From: Octopus sinensis
Taxonomy: Eukaryota
Direction: 5' to 3'
Length of the DNA stretch: 64,000 nucleotides
NCBI RefSeq assembly: GCF_006345805.1
Contig: NC_043007.1
Coordinates: 27,590,001-27,654,000 of the forward strand
The first letter of the stretch is position 1; every line of letters starts with the position of its first letter. The notes beneath the pieces are model-generated. The model was not told the DNA's origin and searched no databases. It saw only the letters and a program-made list of their open reading frames with translations. The translations under genes and the position numbers were made by a program. This document shows positions 1 to 13,775 of the stretch, piece after piece.

Positions 1-231
1 CATTTGTATTCTGCCAGATCCCAAGTGTCTAAATCCCAGTCTACATCTCTCTACAGCTCTCAACCAGCACTGCGTGTCTAGTTTGCTTTCCTTAATGGTT
101 TCAGAGCGCATCAGACGTAGTTGAAAACCTTTAACAAACAATTTTTCGGCTTTTCTGTGATGGTCGGGATTTGATCTTCCCCTATGTCGAAGCATGGCTT
201 TCTTTACAATTTATTTCTTCGAATATAAGTA

Positions 232-289
<58 letters not shown>

Positions 290-325
290 AGAAGAGAGAG
301 AGATAATTACTTACATATATATATA

Positions 326-364
<39 letters not shown>

Positions 365-382
365 AGTAATATATATATATAT

Positions 383-584
383 AAATGTGACCGCGTCTGT
401 ACCGTTGGCGATTTTTTTCCTCTGTCTTCTCTTCTCTGGATCTTTCCTTTTTCTATGTTTCCGACGAAGAGCTTCTCTCGAAACGTTAAACCCTCCTTCT
501 TTCCTTCTTTCCTGAGCGTCCAATAATATTATATTTGTTCCACGTCCTCGCGTTGTTGTGTTTTTTGTGCTTTCTTCTTTGGAT

Positions 585-588
<4 letters not shown>
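383..588 (+). mobile_element. Penelope-like terminal-repeat-type non-autonomous element, family P1, flanked by (TA)n
   Basis: Near-identical inverted copy at 34571-34778. Carries the GA-AG...C-GAAACGTT signature typical of Penelope-like element ends. TA microsatellite on both sides. Confidence 0.65.
457..491 (+). ncRNA. Hammerhead-ribozyme-like motif (P1 copy, helix II partly decayed)
   Basis: Sequence gttt-CCGACGA-a-gagc-ttc-tctc-GAAA-cgtt-aaac. Helix I gttt/aaac; helix III is the palindrome ACGT; core differs from CUGANGA at U4. Confidence 0.4.
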
Positions 589-616
<28 letters not shown>

Positions 617-699
617 AGTAATATATATATGGTGATATATGACCTACGTTGGATACCTTATTCGCATAATTACTGAATCTGGGGCTTCACTATGATTTT

Positions 700-1104
700 T
701 TAATTGTGTCCGTCATTTGACTGCAGGCGTACGGAAGCAGCACATTGACGGGTTTTAGTTGAACATATCGTCTCCATGACTTACTTTTTAAAGCATAATA
801 CTTTCTCGATCTCTTTTGCTCATCCGCAAGTTTACAAGGATGTAAACACGACGACAGTGGTTGTCAAGCTGTTATGGGGAAACAGATAGAAACACACACA
901 CATACACAATCCCATACGCCCACACAACACACAGACCCACACATATTCACGACAGGCTTCTTACAGTTTCTGTCTAACAAATCCACTCACAAGGCTTTGT
1001 CAATCCGAGGCAATGGTAAATGACACTTGCCCAATGCCTCACACTGTGGGACTGAGCTCAGAAGCTTGTGGTTGGCCAGGAAGTACCTAGCAACAGCCAC
1101 TCCT
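700..1104 (-). mobile_element. tRNA-derived octopus-type SINE, family A (diverged, full length)
   Basis: On the minus strand: A/B-box-like head, a 'gggcaagtgtc...gccttgtgagtggatttg' core, a (TG) linker and the 3' part. Matches more than 10 other copies in the window. Confidence 0.8.
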
Positions 1105-1109
1105 ATATT

Positions 1110-1129
1110 TCTATCAATATGTCTGTCTG

Positions 1130-1167
<38 letters not shown>

Positions 1168-1261
1168 CATCTATCTATCTATCTGTCTGTCTGTCTGTCT
1201 TTCTATCCATCTATCTGTCTATCTATCTTTCTATATATATGTATCTATACACACAAACATA

Positions 1262-1293
<32 letters not shown>

Positions 1294-1400
1294 CATACAT
1301 ATATACACACATATATACATATATATACATATATATATATATATATACGTATATATATATACACACATATGTGAGTGTGTGTGTATGCCTGTATGTGTGG
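1110..1400. repeat. (CTAT)n/(TA)n/(TG)n compound microsatellite
   Basis: Seen directly; one of dozens of such tracts in the window. Confidence 0.95.
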
Positions 1401-1935
1401 GTGAATGTACAAGTGGTGAGTGTAAGTATGTGTGTTCTATGCACGTTTGCACGTGTTTATACATTAGATTATACATGCTTACAAAAATACCTGAATGTAT
1501 GTAGGATTGTATGCAAGCTTTTATATATACATCTACGTATGCTTCAGAGACACACAACGCATGTGTTTTCCATCAACGCATCTTAATTGAAGCAGAAACG
1601 AAGCATTTATTAAGAAAAGAGAGAGATCAAAAAAAAAAAAAGAAAAGAAAATTCAAAATACATTATTGAAATCTTTTGAGCCACGACAAGGCTTACATGC
1701 ACACACACACACACACACTCACACTCACACACAAGCACATTTATATACACGCACATACTGGAATGTACAGCGACTGCACGCGCGCACACATACACACGAA
1801 CGCATGCATTTGTTAATATATGCATTGATGTTGAAGATACAAATATAACGTGCGCACACATACACATACGCATGCCAACATCCCTACATACATACATACA
1901 TACATACTTATATATATATATGCATACAGATATAT

Positions 1936-1984
<49 letters not shown>

Positions 1985-2021
1985 TATACACACACTCATA
2001 TATGTCTATATAAATATGTAT

Positions 2022-2120
<99 letters not shown>

Positions 2121-2647
2121 ATATATACTAATCACAGTGGGGTCATGTCTGCAAAGGAATAAAATTATATAGATATAAGTATGCAGAAGAGAGGAAAATA
2201 AAATATATTCAATCTTCCCTAAAATAATGATCAACATCTGAAAGTAGAGTAAACGAATCGAAAACACGTGATGGTTGACAAAAAACAGAATATAAATCAA
2301 TCACCATTGTTTTCTATCATCATCAATTATGATAGATAAATTGTATTAAAATATATTTAATATACTCATTACACAAACTTGCTGATTTGCCCTCGCTGTC
2401 ATACATTTAGGCAGCTTGATCGATGGTTAGTTTAGCTGATCTCTGCCTAGGGTCATGGAAATGACACCCACTTTGAGCATTCCTCCACTCTATCATTTTT
2501 CGATGGCGTACATTGGAGAATATATATATATTGCATGCACGATGTATATTCGCTTTGTGTGATTATATATACATGCATACATACATACATACATATATAC
2601 ATATATGTATATATTATATATATATATAATACATATATGTATATATA

Positions 2648-2701
<54 letters not shown>

Positions 2702-3400
2702 GTATATATGTACATATATATAGCTATATATATACTATATATGTATACATATATATAACTATATATATATATATACATATATTATATATATATATAATAT
2801 ATATATATATATATTATATATATATATATATACTTATATATAATTGTGTATATGTTTATATATATATATTAATATATGTATATGTATGTATATGCAGGAG
2901 TAGGTGTTTGTCTGCGAGTATGTATGCACCATGTATTGTGAATCGCTATGTGTTTTTGTGCGTGGTATATGTGTGCGAGTGTGTTTGTGCGTGTATGAGA
3001 ATTATACATGCGGATGATTTTTCACTTTTACGCAAATTTATGTACGCATGCACGTATATACACACACAGTATATACTATATACTATCGTGCGTGTATACA
3101 CACAAACACACAGACTAGCCCCGCCTCCAGATATATGCCAACCTACATTAAAGCGATGCACTGATACATACGCACGATGTGCACAGCGTGATATAAGTAT
3201 ATGTGTATGTTTATGTGTATGTGTGTGTATATATGTGTAAATTTATATATATACATATATGAAATATATATCAGTGTGTATATGTCGAAAGAATTGTCAT
3301 GATTAAAAATATCTCCTATATTCCATCATTTGTCTTTCATTTGTTATATATGTATATATATATGCGTGTATACATATATATATATGTATATATATATATA

Positions 3401-3550
3401 CGACTGGCTTCTTTCAGTTTCCGTCTACCAAATCCACTCACAGGTCTTTGGTCAACCCGAAGCTATAGTAGAATACACCGTCCCAAATTTCAAGGTAGTG
3501 GGACTGAACCCGGAATGATGTGGTTGGATAACAAGCTTCTTACCACTCAG
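3401..3550 (-). mobile_element. SINE family A, 5' half
   Basis: cttctttcagtttccgtctaccaaatccactcac...gggactgaacccgg matches the family A head and core. Confidence 0.85.
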
Positions 3551-3582
3551 TCATATATATATGTACAAACATATATGTGCGT

Positions 3583-3613
<31 letters not shown>

Positions 3614-3664
3614 CAAGCATATATGTGCTTATACATATACATATATATATATATATACATACAT

Positions 3665-3739
<75 letters not shown>

Positions 3740-5519
3740 CGCATATATATTGTGTTTGTGTATTGTGTGTGTGACCATGTTTGAATGTGTGCGTCAGCTG
3801 TCACTTGTGCTCACATGACTTCAAACGCACGCACAATTACATTTAACCCCAGGCGTCGGTTGCACACAAGTATGTCTATTTATTGCGGAAATCGTTTATA
3901 CGAAGTCAATCTAGCGACCAGTTCTTCAATCTCATTCACTTCTGAATAGCAACGTATTCAATCATCAGTCTTGGATCTTAATCAATAATGCAACCTTGAC
4001 TTTGACACCTTCTAAATCTGATGATTTCTTCTCCAGCCACGAAGTCTCCGATTTATTCGGGGCAAAGGAAATGCTTTCGCTTTGCGTTGGGATATTGGAT
4101 ATCATTTCCTTGCATTGAAATCCATCTCTCCAATCTTTCACGCATTCAGAGAAAACCAAACAAACAAACGTCCTATCATTGGTGTTTGGTGTCTGACGAC
4201 CTTTGGTCATTTCTTTATATTGTAACTCTTTTCAAACATAAAAATCGATGTTAGGGATATCTCCTGAGTGGTTTTCTAGATCCGAGATCCTGAAAAGGGT
4301 CAAGTGTTTTTGTTGTTAAACTGAACTTTGAATAAATATAGGGGCCATCTTAATCCGGTATCCAAATGAATACTTGTGTTTATTCAAATTACTTATCGGA
4401 ATAATGGGCGGTATTAAAGATAATGTTTAATGTAATATTTGGGTGGAGACAGAGTATTTATTTGGGGTGTTTAGAAATAAAATATTTATTTTGAGGAGAT
4501 TGCGATAAAATATTTATTTTGCCGAGCTAGAGACTAAATATTTATTCAAGGAATTTAGAGTCAAAATGTTTATTTTGGGTAGTTAGAAAAAATATATGAT
4601 TACTTAGAGACAAAATATATTTTTTTATACTACTGTCGGTGTTATACACAGTATTACTTATTGGATAGGTTTTTGTCATTGGATGGTCACCAATGTATAG
4701 TTGTATATCATTTTATCTATTTTCATTAATGCAACTACTGCTATTTTTAAAGAATCTGTATATAAAGATTTTGAATATTATATTAGGTATATCCAGAACG
4801 AGTGATTCTTCAGCAATAATTTCTTCAATAGAAAACACTCGGCTTAAAGTTTTCAAGGCAGAACCCCGGCATGGCCGCAGCCTAATGAATGAAACCAGTA
4901 AAAGAAATGAATAGGAGAGTGTATTAAGAGATAGCCAGAGCGATTAGATAGAGAAAGAAAACAGAAACATGACAGTGGGAAAATATATTTGATAAATTGG
5001 ATAAAAGAATATCAAAAAGAGAGACTGGTTTGTATTATAAATGTTTGATAGGAGAAACCAATTAACTGTTGTGAAAAAAAAAAGATATTATAAACAAAAA
5101 CCCTAGTAAAATATAGAAGGAAAAAATAATAAAATAAATTGCCAAAATCATTTCTTTGACTGATAATGATTTCGTTCAATCTTTCGTTGTTACTTTTTTT
5201 TTCTTGAAAAGTTTCTCAACCACCATACACAAAAATATTGGAGTAATTTCCAAAATAATATGGAAAAAAAAGTGAATTACGTATTTTGAAGTAGTGGAGA
5301 TAGTGGAAATACCACATTCATGGAAAAAAAAATAGTCACTTTCAGAAGCCAAATAACAATCGTATTTCTCAAAATCCATATAACTGAACTCGTATTAAAG
5401 AAATATCTGTTGATGGTTCTTAAGATTTAAACGATACATTGTATTCATTCCGGCGTTGGAGATTTTCTGATGTCGCTGCACTCGTAATGTCGGTCATAAG
5501 TTGCTGTAAAGGTTTTTTT

Positions 5520-5776
5520 TTTTATTCTGTTATTCTATTACTTGCTTCAGTCATGTGACTGTGGCCATGCTGGAGCGCCGCCGTACAGCGTGTTAGTCGA
5601 AGAAATCGACCGACACCAGGACTCCTTTTTTGTGAGCCTATTACTTATTTTATCGCTGTCTTTTGCCGAATCGCGAGGTTTCATGGACATAAACACACCA
5701 GCATCGGTTGCTAAGCGATGGCGGGGGATAAACGCAGACACACACACACATAATTTATACATACATACATACATAC

Positions 5777-5818
<42 letters not shown>

Positions 5819-5900
5819 ATATACATATATATATATACATATTCATATATATATATATATATATAATATATATATATACATACATATATATATACATAAA

Positions 5901-5961
<61 letters not shown>

Positions 5962-6010
5962 ACATATGTATATCTATATATCTATATCTATATATATATA
6001 CATACATATA

Positions 6011-6048
<38 letters not shown>

Positions 6049-6103
6049 ACTTGGAACCATGTGGTTGGAAGCAATCTTCTTACCACTCAGCCACGCCTGC
6101 GCT
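5520..6103 (-). mobile_element. SINE family A with the internal core replaced by an expanded (TA)n tract
   Basis: 3' part at 5520-5750 (gactgtggccatgctggagc) and head at 6049-6103 (ggaaccatgtggttgg...ccacgcctgcgc). Confidence 0.75.
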
Positions 6104-7097
6104 TGTATAAAAAAAAGTGGAATGCTTTGTGAATTTGCGTATCATCCATGGGCAGGGGCCACTCTAATCTTCTCTCTATCGTTTCAATTTTAGTATATAT
6201 GCTGCCGAAGCAATTATTTGTTGATGGTTTATTCTCAAATATTTTGAGAGGTGGGTGTATGAGTATTTAAGCCTTTATAATCTTTATGGATATCAGATAT
6301 GTTAAAAACCCAAACTACTAAAGATTTTCTACTTTAAAGAAAAAATAAAACTTGTTTATGAGGAGTACGTTTGTAATTCGTGCATGTAGACCTAACAGGG
6401 ATTTACAGGTGGAAGAAAAGTAGCCTGAAATTATCGGGTGAATTACGTTCAAAATCGTTACGTCATTCTTTGCGCTCAGAAGCAAAAGAAAGGGCATACA
6501 TAACAGCGCCAATCGAATTCATTATAATTGCATATTTGTTGATCTGGCAGGATAATTATGCTGGGATATAGTCTTCCGTATCAGGATAGATCTGATGCTA
6601 AGAAAAACAAAACACATCTAAAATGAAACAACTTAGTAAACATCACGAATGCAAGTTTTCGTTGTGTGCGACTATGTGCATGTAAATAAATATGCGTACA
6701 TATGTGCCGACAAGAACCAAGAGTTTAATAGCTAATCATGCCCTCATGATATTCTTAGTTTGTTCCGATAACTCGTCCATTAAACTGAAATCATCTGTCG
6801 TTGTCATATTTTGACCAAAACCTTGTGAAGCGAATGCTGTTCATTTAGACGGGGTTGAAAACAGTCTGAGGGACTGTACTTGTGTTCAAGTGGTTATTTT
6901 TATTAATCATCACCTTATCGTATGTAGTTCGTTAGCTCTAATTGGTGAATGGCTCCTATATAATAATTTTGTGGAAGGGTATTTTTCTTGATATTTGAAA
7001 CTTGATATTAGTCACCATGTACATATGTGCTTTGTCTCTGACTCTCTCATTAGTATATTTCTTTCTCTCATCCCTATATATGTAAGCGATTATATAT

Positions 7098-7761
7098 TAT
7101 TATTATTTGCAACGGTCTCCTTCATCGAAAACCGGTGTTTACCATGCGTTGACGAGAGGCAATTACCTTGAAACTATAGTCCGTATGTATCACTTAGGTT
7201 TTCGAGGGAGGATGACCTCCCTTTGTAAATAACACAAGGGCACTGAAATTTTGTGTCTAAGGCCAGCTGGTGACGTTGATCTCCTGGGGCTAAAAGCATC
7301 AGTAACACCCCACCCCCAGTGGCTAGCCACATTCAGATGGCTAGTACACTTTACGTTGTCGAGCGGTTAATGTTTATATCTCGTTCAGAGATTTATTAAT
7401 GCTTTCAGACAGTTTTTCTAAATCAGTGACAGTGGTTGCTGTGAAAAACGTTAAATATTATTATTTGCCAAGGTCTCCTTCAGTGAAAACCGGTGTTTAC
7501 CATGCGTTGACGAGAGGTAATTACCTTGAAATTATAGTCCGTATGTATCACTTAGGTTTTCGAGGGAGGATGACCTCCCTTTGCAAATAACACAAGAGCA
7601 CTGAAATTTTGTGTCTAAGGCCAGCTGGTGACGTTGATCTCCTGGGGCTAAAAGCATCAGTAACACCCCACCCCCAGTGACTAGCCACATTCAGATAGCT
7701 AGTACACTTTACGTTGTCGAGCGGTTCCTGTTTATATCTCGTTCAGAGATTTATTAATGCT
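7098..7761. repeat. Direct duplication of 306 bp (7098-7403 and 7456-7761), period 358 bp
   Basis: The two copies align with about a dozen substitutions and are separated by a 52-bp unique spacer. The unit contains an inverted copy of the dispersed repeat at 30225-30335. Confidence 0.92.
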
Positions 7762-7861
7762 TATATATATATACATATATATAATATATATACACATATA
7801 TATAAACAAATAAATAAAGATATATCTATATATATAATATATACATATATCTAAATATAAT

Positions 7862-7892
<31 letters not shown>

Positions 7893-7915
7893 CATATATA
7901 ATATATATATATATA

Positions 7916-7954
<39 letters not shown>

Positions 7955-7959
7955 TATTA

Positions 7960-8095
7960 CCAACCACATTGTTCCGGTTCAGTCCCACTGCGTGGCACCT
8001 TGGACAATTGTCATTTACTATAGCCTCGGACCGACCAAAGCCTTGTGAGTGGATTTGGTAGACGGAAACTGAAAGAAACCTCTCGTGTATATGTA
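7960..8095 (+). mobile_element. SINE family A, 5' half
   Basis: ggttcagtcccactgcgtggcaccttgg...gccttgtgagtggatttggtagacggaaactgaaagaa. Confidence 0.88.
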
Positions 8096-8857
8096 TATAT
8101 ATATATATATATAATAGTAGAGAGAGTGAGATAGGCAGGTAGACAGATATGCATACATATATTTATGTCTGTACACACTCACTCACACACAGAGAAATAT
8201 ATAGTATGTCTGTGTACGTATGTATGCATCCATGAACGTGTATACATTCTTTGAGAAACCTGCAAGTCACATTTCGTCCTCATTACCCCCACCCCCCGCC
8301 GCATCTCTTCTTCTTTTCGAAACAACATCGAAGCGCAAAGCTTAATGAGATGAGATGAGATACTTTAAAACTTTGTCTTACACAAAACAAGACGTTATAA
8401 TAAGATTTGTATCCAGTTTGTGAATCTCATTCTCAACTCTATTAACATCAAATTTAATGACAGTCAGAATATCAATATAAACTTGTTAATATTCAATCAG
8501 ACGGTGTCTTTTCATAAGTGCCTTCAATCAAAGACAATATTAAAAAAATTACATCAAATAGATCGAGTTTACGAGGTGCAATCGGTCCAAGCGAAATATA
8601 ACCTCCAATCTCGGTAATAATCCTGGCGCAGAAGGTGTCGGTTAGGTCTTGTGTACGCGTGGTGGCTTTCTATATAATATTTTTATCATATTAAGTGCTA
8701 TAAAACGTAATAGATAATGAAATACCATATACATCGTAATACATGTCACCTTGCCAGAATATTTTCCAGTGTATTTGCTAGATAGAGACACAACCTATAC
8801 GGAAAAAAGGAAAAAAAAATAAAACACATTTGTATTTATGTTTGTGTGAATATATAT

Positions 8858-8907
<50 letters not shown>

Positions 8908-9174
8908 GAGCGAGAGAGAGAGAGAGAGAGAGAGGAAGAGAGAGTGAAAGAGATAGTAGGGGAGACAGACAGATATACAGAGTCAGAAAAAGAGATAAAA
9001 ATATATATTAATGTACAGATTTGTATTTTAGAATAAGAAGAGGGCTTTTTTGCGGTATGTGTATGCTTATATGGTCAAGTGCCAAGTATACAGTCTTCAT
9101 ACCTCGCAAACATATCATAAGACGTCTATGCAGCTGCGATGGACGCTACCATTTGCGTCGTAAAATTCCCTTAT

Positions 9175-9411
9175 TCATTTACTGCCCACAAAGGGGCTAC
9201 ACACTGAGAGGACAAACAAGGACAGACAAACGGATTAAATCTATTATATCGACCCAAGTGCGTAATTTGTACTTATTTAATCGACCCCGAAAGGATGAAA
9301 GGCAAAGTCGACCACGGCGGAATTTGAATTTGAACTCAGAACGTATCGGCAAACGAAATACCACTAAGTTTTTCGCCCGGCGTACTAACGTTTCTACAAG
9401 CTCGCCGCCTT
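9175..9411 (-). mobile_element. tRNA-derived SINE family B (core ggtcgactttgcctttcatcctttcggggtcgat)
   Basis: Matches the copies at 36345-36578 and 44718-45097. The core resembles the Meta/MESC-type SINE domain (recalled, not searched). Confidence 0.85.
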
Positions 9412-9599
9412 CAATTTACGTCGTAAAATGTTTATCCTCAGAATAAAGACATTTATTTTTATAACATTCCATGTGATAATTCAACTACACTTCCTAGTTT
9501 TAAGAACATTTATGTGTTGTGTGCGTCTATGTATCTCCAAATGTATATGTATGTATATAATGCACACTAAGTATTAGCGATCTACCTTACATCTGCTGT

Positions 9600-10020
9600 T
9601 TACAGTGCTCGGAAGGAATGTGTGTACCGTGTGATCGTAATATTGAAGACGAAAGAGAAAGTTGTCAAGGCGATACCTGCTCTGAGGCCTACTCAAAATT
9701 GAAGGAAGTTTATGGAGAGGAGTGTATGAGACACACAAATGTGTACGAGAGTGGTTCAGACGTTTCCAAGACGGCTGAAATTTGTCGATATAGACGAACG
9801 TTCTGGGAGACCCACAAACAACTGAAGTGAGAAAAACATCACAGACGTGCGTGTAGTCGTGAGAAGAAATCGTCGAATCACTATCCATGAGTTATCAGAG
9901 GATGTGAAGATTAGTTACGGTTCAGTTCAATCCATTATCACTGAAGATTTGGGTATGAAACGCGTATCTGCCAAGTTTGTGCCAAAACTACTTTCAGCTA
10001 ACCATAAAAACACTCGGTGA
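9600..10020 (+). mobile_element. Mariner transposase pseudogene, N-terminal HTH region
   Basis: Frameshifted translation EAYSKLKEVYGEECM..NVY/EWFRRFQDG/DERSGRPT/RRNRRITIHELSEDVKISYGSVQSIITEDLGMKRVSAKFVPKLL. FVPKLL is a variant of the mariner WVPHEL motif. Confidence 0.92.
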
Positions 10021-13000
10021 TACTTAAAAAAACTAAAAGAAAAAAATTAATTCAGTTCAAATAAAAAGCATGCGACGCGATTCTTTCATCTAAAGTTTTC
10101 CTATCCCACATCGTTTATCTTTTAGCTAACGCCTACTCATCCATTAAAGTGACCCCTAATTTATGGATTGATGATTTGTTTTCCACCGGGCTGTGCTTGT
10201 TCTCAGTACAGTCTTATTCATTTAAATAGAGGACAACTGGTATCATAGTCTACCATTTTATAAATCGTTTTGCAATTTTTGCAGTAGTGTTCGTTCTGAG
10301 CACAATATCTTTATTCTTTCCTACGGTATAACATTATTTGTCAACGAGGATAAAAACAGCAATTACTGCAGATCTTAATAGTTTGCTGTGCATGCAGCAG
10401 AAGTTCTTAGAACTACAAAAACAACGTGAGAAGCAGTAACGGATATTTCAACAGCTTTCGCTTCCAACCATATGCAGTCATATCCAGCTACGTTGATTAA
10501 CAATCAAAGCAGCATCACTTCAAAAGTTTTCGAGAAGCTTTCTACCTTTGAATACGATGAACAAAACGAATTAAATTTTGTGTCCTTGTATAAACGTTAT
10601 CAAGATCTTTTTCGTCACTGAAGCATTAAAACAAGATGATTCGGAGATAGGCAAGACTACTACTGCAAAAATTAGGCGGTATTGAATAGAAGTACTTAAA
10701 CTCTGTATCATCTAAAGATGCTAATGAATTTGACTTTAAAACTGCAGTGGACCAACATACAAACATGCTCGTTGAGACAACTTCATTGTTTGACTTCAGA
10801 TGTAAATATTTGAAATGAGAAAGATGATCCTATTGTATATTGCTGCTCGCATTAAAAAATATGTGAAAATTTTGTCATCAGGCAATGACGAATTTAAGAA
10901 TCTAATTTTCGTATCTGGTGTGACATCACCAAGTACTCATATCCTAGCCAAACTGGACATATCCGACAACATAGCCTTACAAAAACTAGCGTGTGAATGT
11001 CAACGACTAGTTAATATGATACAAAAATTAGGCAGGAAATGAAATAGTTTTAACCATTAATGCAAAGAAACAAATCTGGGTTCCCCAGGATTCAAAATCG
11101 CTTGATGCATTTGCAATAACTCAGTGACACACTTCGACAGCATGTTGGAACTGTGGCAGGCAGCACTATGCAAATCGTTGTCCTCACAAGAACAAAAGTG
11201 TCTCAAATATCACAATAATGGATATAAAAACGATCATTGTTACCGTTCTGGTATTCCAGTAACAGAGAAAAAAACCATTGAATACGATTCCACCCCATAA
11301 AGTATTATTGAATGGATTTTACGCCACATTTAAAGGGGAAATCGCTTCAAAAAGGAAATATATTACTCTACAGATACATGGATATGATATATGCTATGAT
11401 ATATGATATATGATATATGCCTACAGTTTGACACTAAATCTGATATTACCATAATTCCTGAAGAAACGTGGCACAAAATCAGTAAACCAACCTTTTTATC
11501 AACTGAAAAAAAAGCCAAGAATGCTTCCAACAAGCCATTGGTTATCAAAAGTAAAATATATTTTTATTCATTCAAACGCTCAACTTCCATCCATTCTGGA
11601 ATTTGCTACATTAATGAGAATCCGTACCGGGATATCCTTTGAACAGAATGGATTGGGAAACTTTATATATTGCATATATTACAGGTGGTAATTTATGGGA
11701 AATTACCACCTGTATCATCTATTGTGAAAGGTAGAAGAGTCCAGTTTGCTGGACATTGTTGTAGAGCTTTAAACGAGGTAATTTGTACACTTCTCCTCTG
11801 GAATCCATCTACTCGCGATACCGGAGGGCGCACACTCTCCTACCCTGATGTAATCTTCAGAGATACAGGCGTCCAGGAACAGGACCTCCGTTATGCTATG
11901 ATGGACCGTGAGGTCTGGCGTAGTATAGTAAATTCCATTGTCTCGACCACGGTCGAACAATGAGATGTTTCGTTGTGGAAGATAGAGCTAAGTCAAGTAA
12001 ACCATGATCTTTTAAATAAGACTGGCATTACAGATACTAAACATATCAGAAATGTTCAGCAAGAATATTAATTAATTTTTGAAGTTGACTTAGAATTATG
12101 TACACAATTTCCAGCATCTTTGTACCTTACACTCAATGTCACACCTGTTTTGAAACCGAAAGGCCAGTACCTTATGATTCGTTATCGCTAATTGAAAACG
12201 AAGTGGATAAATAAGAAAGTTAGAAAATTTAAATGTAAAAGCAAAAGTGAATTATACTTCATTGGCAGGGTCCATTGTTATAGTAACGAAACCAAATGGC
12301 TACATAGGTATATGTGCTGACCGTCGACGAGAATTAATTATTCATAAGTGTCACATCGCTATCCACTGCCTGTTCCCGAAGACATCTTTGCAAGATTAAA
12401 TGGGGGGAAATGGTTTTCTAAGATTGACTTAACCGAAGCATATTTGCAAATAGCTGCAGACGAGGCATCAAAAGGACTCCCAAGAAAAAATACTCATGGA
12501 TTATACCAAAATAACAGATAATCATTTAGTGCAAATCTACGCAGGGATTTTCAACAAATATTGGATATCATGGTTCTAAATTTTCCATTCACCTGTACAT
12601 GGCTCGATGACATTATCTTTTTATCATCAATTCAAGGGGAGCAGAAAGACCATTTAAGGAAACTCATTAAAACCAGAAAAATACCAACATTTTCTTCTTC
12701 AGTTAGCATATTTGGGATATGTCGTTAATAAAGATGGACATTTTCGAGATCCTGAAAAACGGCGATTATCCTGCAATTGCCACCACCCACAGACATAACT
12801 AAATCACGTTCTTTTTTTAAGAATGCTTAATTATTACTGCTCGTTCATCCCTCACATGCATCAAATGCGGGTTCTTCTAAGTTCATTACGGTTACCAACG
12901 CAAAATAGGATTGGTGTCCATAATGTCAAGAGTTATTCCAGAAATTCAAAGAGGTTTTGACTCATTTTCTTCCACGTAAGGAGCTTATCGTTGCTGCAGA

Positions 13001-13230
13001 AGCGTCAAATTATGGAAAGGGAGCTGTACACTTGCATAAATTGGTTGACGGTTCATATATGGCAGTTATACATGGTTCTAAATGTCTATCGAAAGTTGAA
13101 AATAAATATTCGTAAATAGAAAAGTAGGCATTCGCACTTGTTGATGCAGTAAAAAATAAACATGGATATATCTGTCCGCATATGTGTATGTATTTATGTC
13201 TACACTGCAGATGATAAACACGAAGATGCC
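10021..13230 (+). mobile_element. Degenerate Ty3/Gypsy LTR retrotransposon: partial 5' LTR, PBS, gag, PR, RT, RNase H; no integrase or 3' LTR seen
   Basis: LTR-like end CA at 10234-10235, then PBS-like TGGTATCA at 10238-10245. Gag FEYDEQNELNFVSLYKRYQDLF at ~10546. Zinc knuckle CWNCGRQHYANRC at 11143-11181. Protease LQFDTKSDITII (DTG decayed to DTK, 11430). RT motifs RYPLPVPEDIFARL, FSKIDLTEAYLQI and WLDD (12600-12611). RNase H IVAAEASNYG..YS*IEK*A at ~12980-13175. Many stops and frameshifts. Confidence 0.9.
11680..11966 (+). mobile_element. RTE-clade LINE 3' fragment inserted into the Gypsy pol region
   Basis: IYGKLPPVSSIVKGRRVQFAGHCCR..LLLWNP..GRTLSYPDVIFRDTG..DLRYAMMDREVWRSIV* is a typical RTE ORF C-terminus. 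It interrupts the Gypsy element between PR and RT. Confidence 0.88.
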
Positions 13231-13476
13231 TTAAGGCAGAAGCTTATTAGGTAACATTTTGTATAATCTCTACTATCAGTCAATCCAATAATGAAAAAGG
13301 ACATCGCAACCACTTTTCAATATATTCCTAAGTGTACAGATAATTAAATAGAGTACGTGTTTGCGATGCGCTCATATTAATAACCTTTCTACCTAATTAC
13401 ATACGCTGCCACTCATGTTCTTCCTTTCTCTCTTAGCCCTACCATTTCGCTCATCATATTTATGTGTGTATATCTA

Positions 13477-13775
13477 CACAGGGATGGCTGTACGGGAAAA
13501 ATCTTGCTGCTCACTCGCGTGGTTCCGGATTCAGCGCCACTGCGGGATAACTTGGGCAAGTGGCTTCTACTATAGCCTCGAGCTGAGCAATGCCTTGAGC
13601 GTGGATTTGGTAGGCGCTTGACAACCGATACTGGTTTGTTTATTATGTCCCCATCTTCGGCAAAAGACAACAAAAGAATAAGTCCTAAGGTCGATTTCTT
13701 CGACTAAAGCCATTTAAAGCGGTACTCCAGCATGGCCGCAATCAAATGACTGAGAGAAGTAAAAGAATAAAAGAG
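13477..13775 (+). mobile_element. SINE family A with internal deletion
   Basis: Head and core join directly to gcttgacaaccgat...ccagcatggccgcaatcaaatgactga. Confidence 0.85.

Noticed and set aside
3965-4210. 81-aa minus-strand ORF
   Set aside because: No recognisable motif, weak splice signals and stops in the continuing frames; probably decayed TE sequence.
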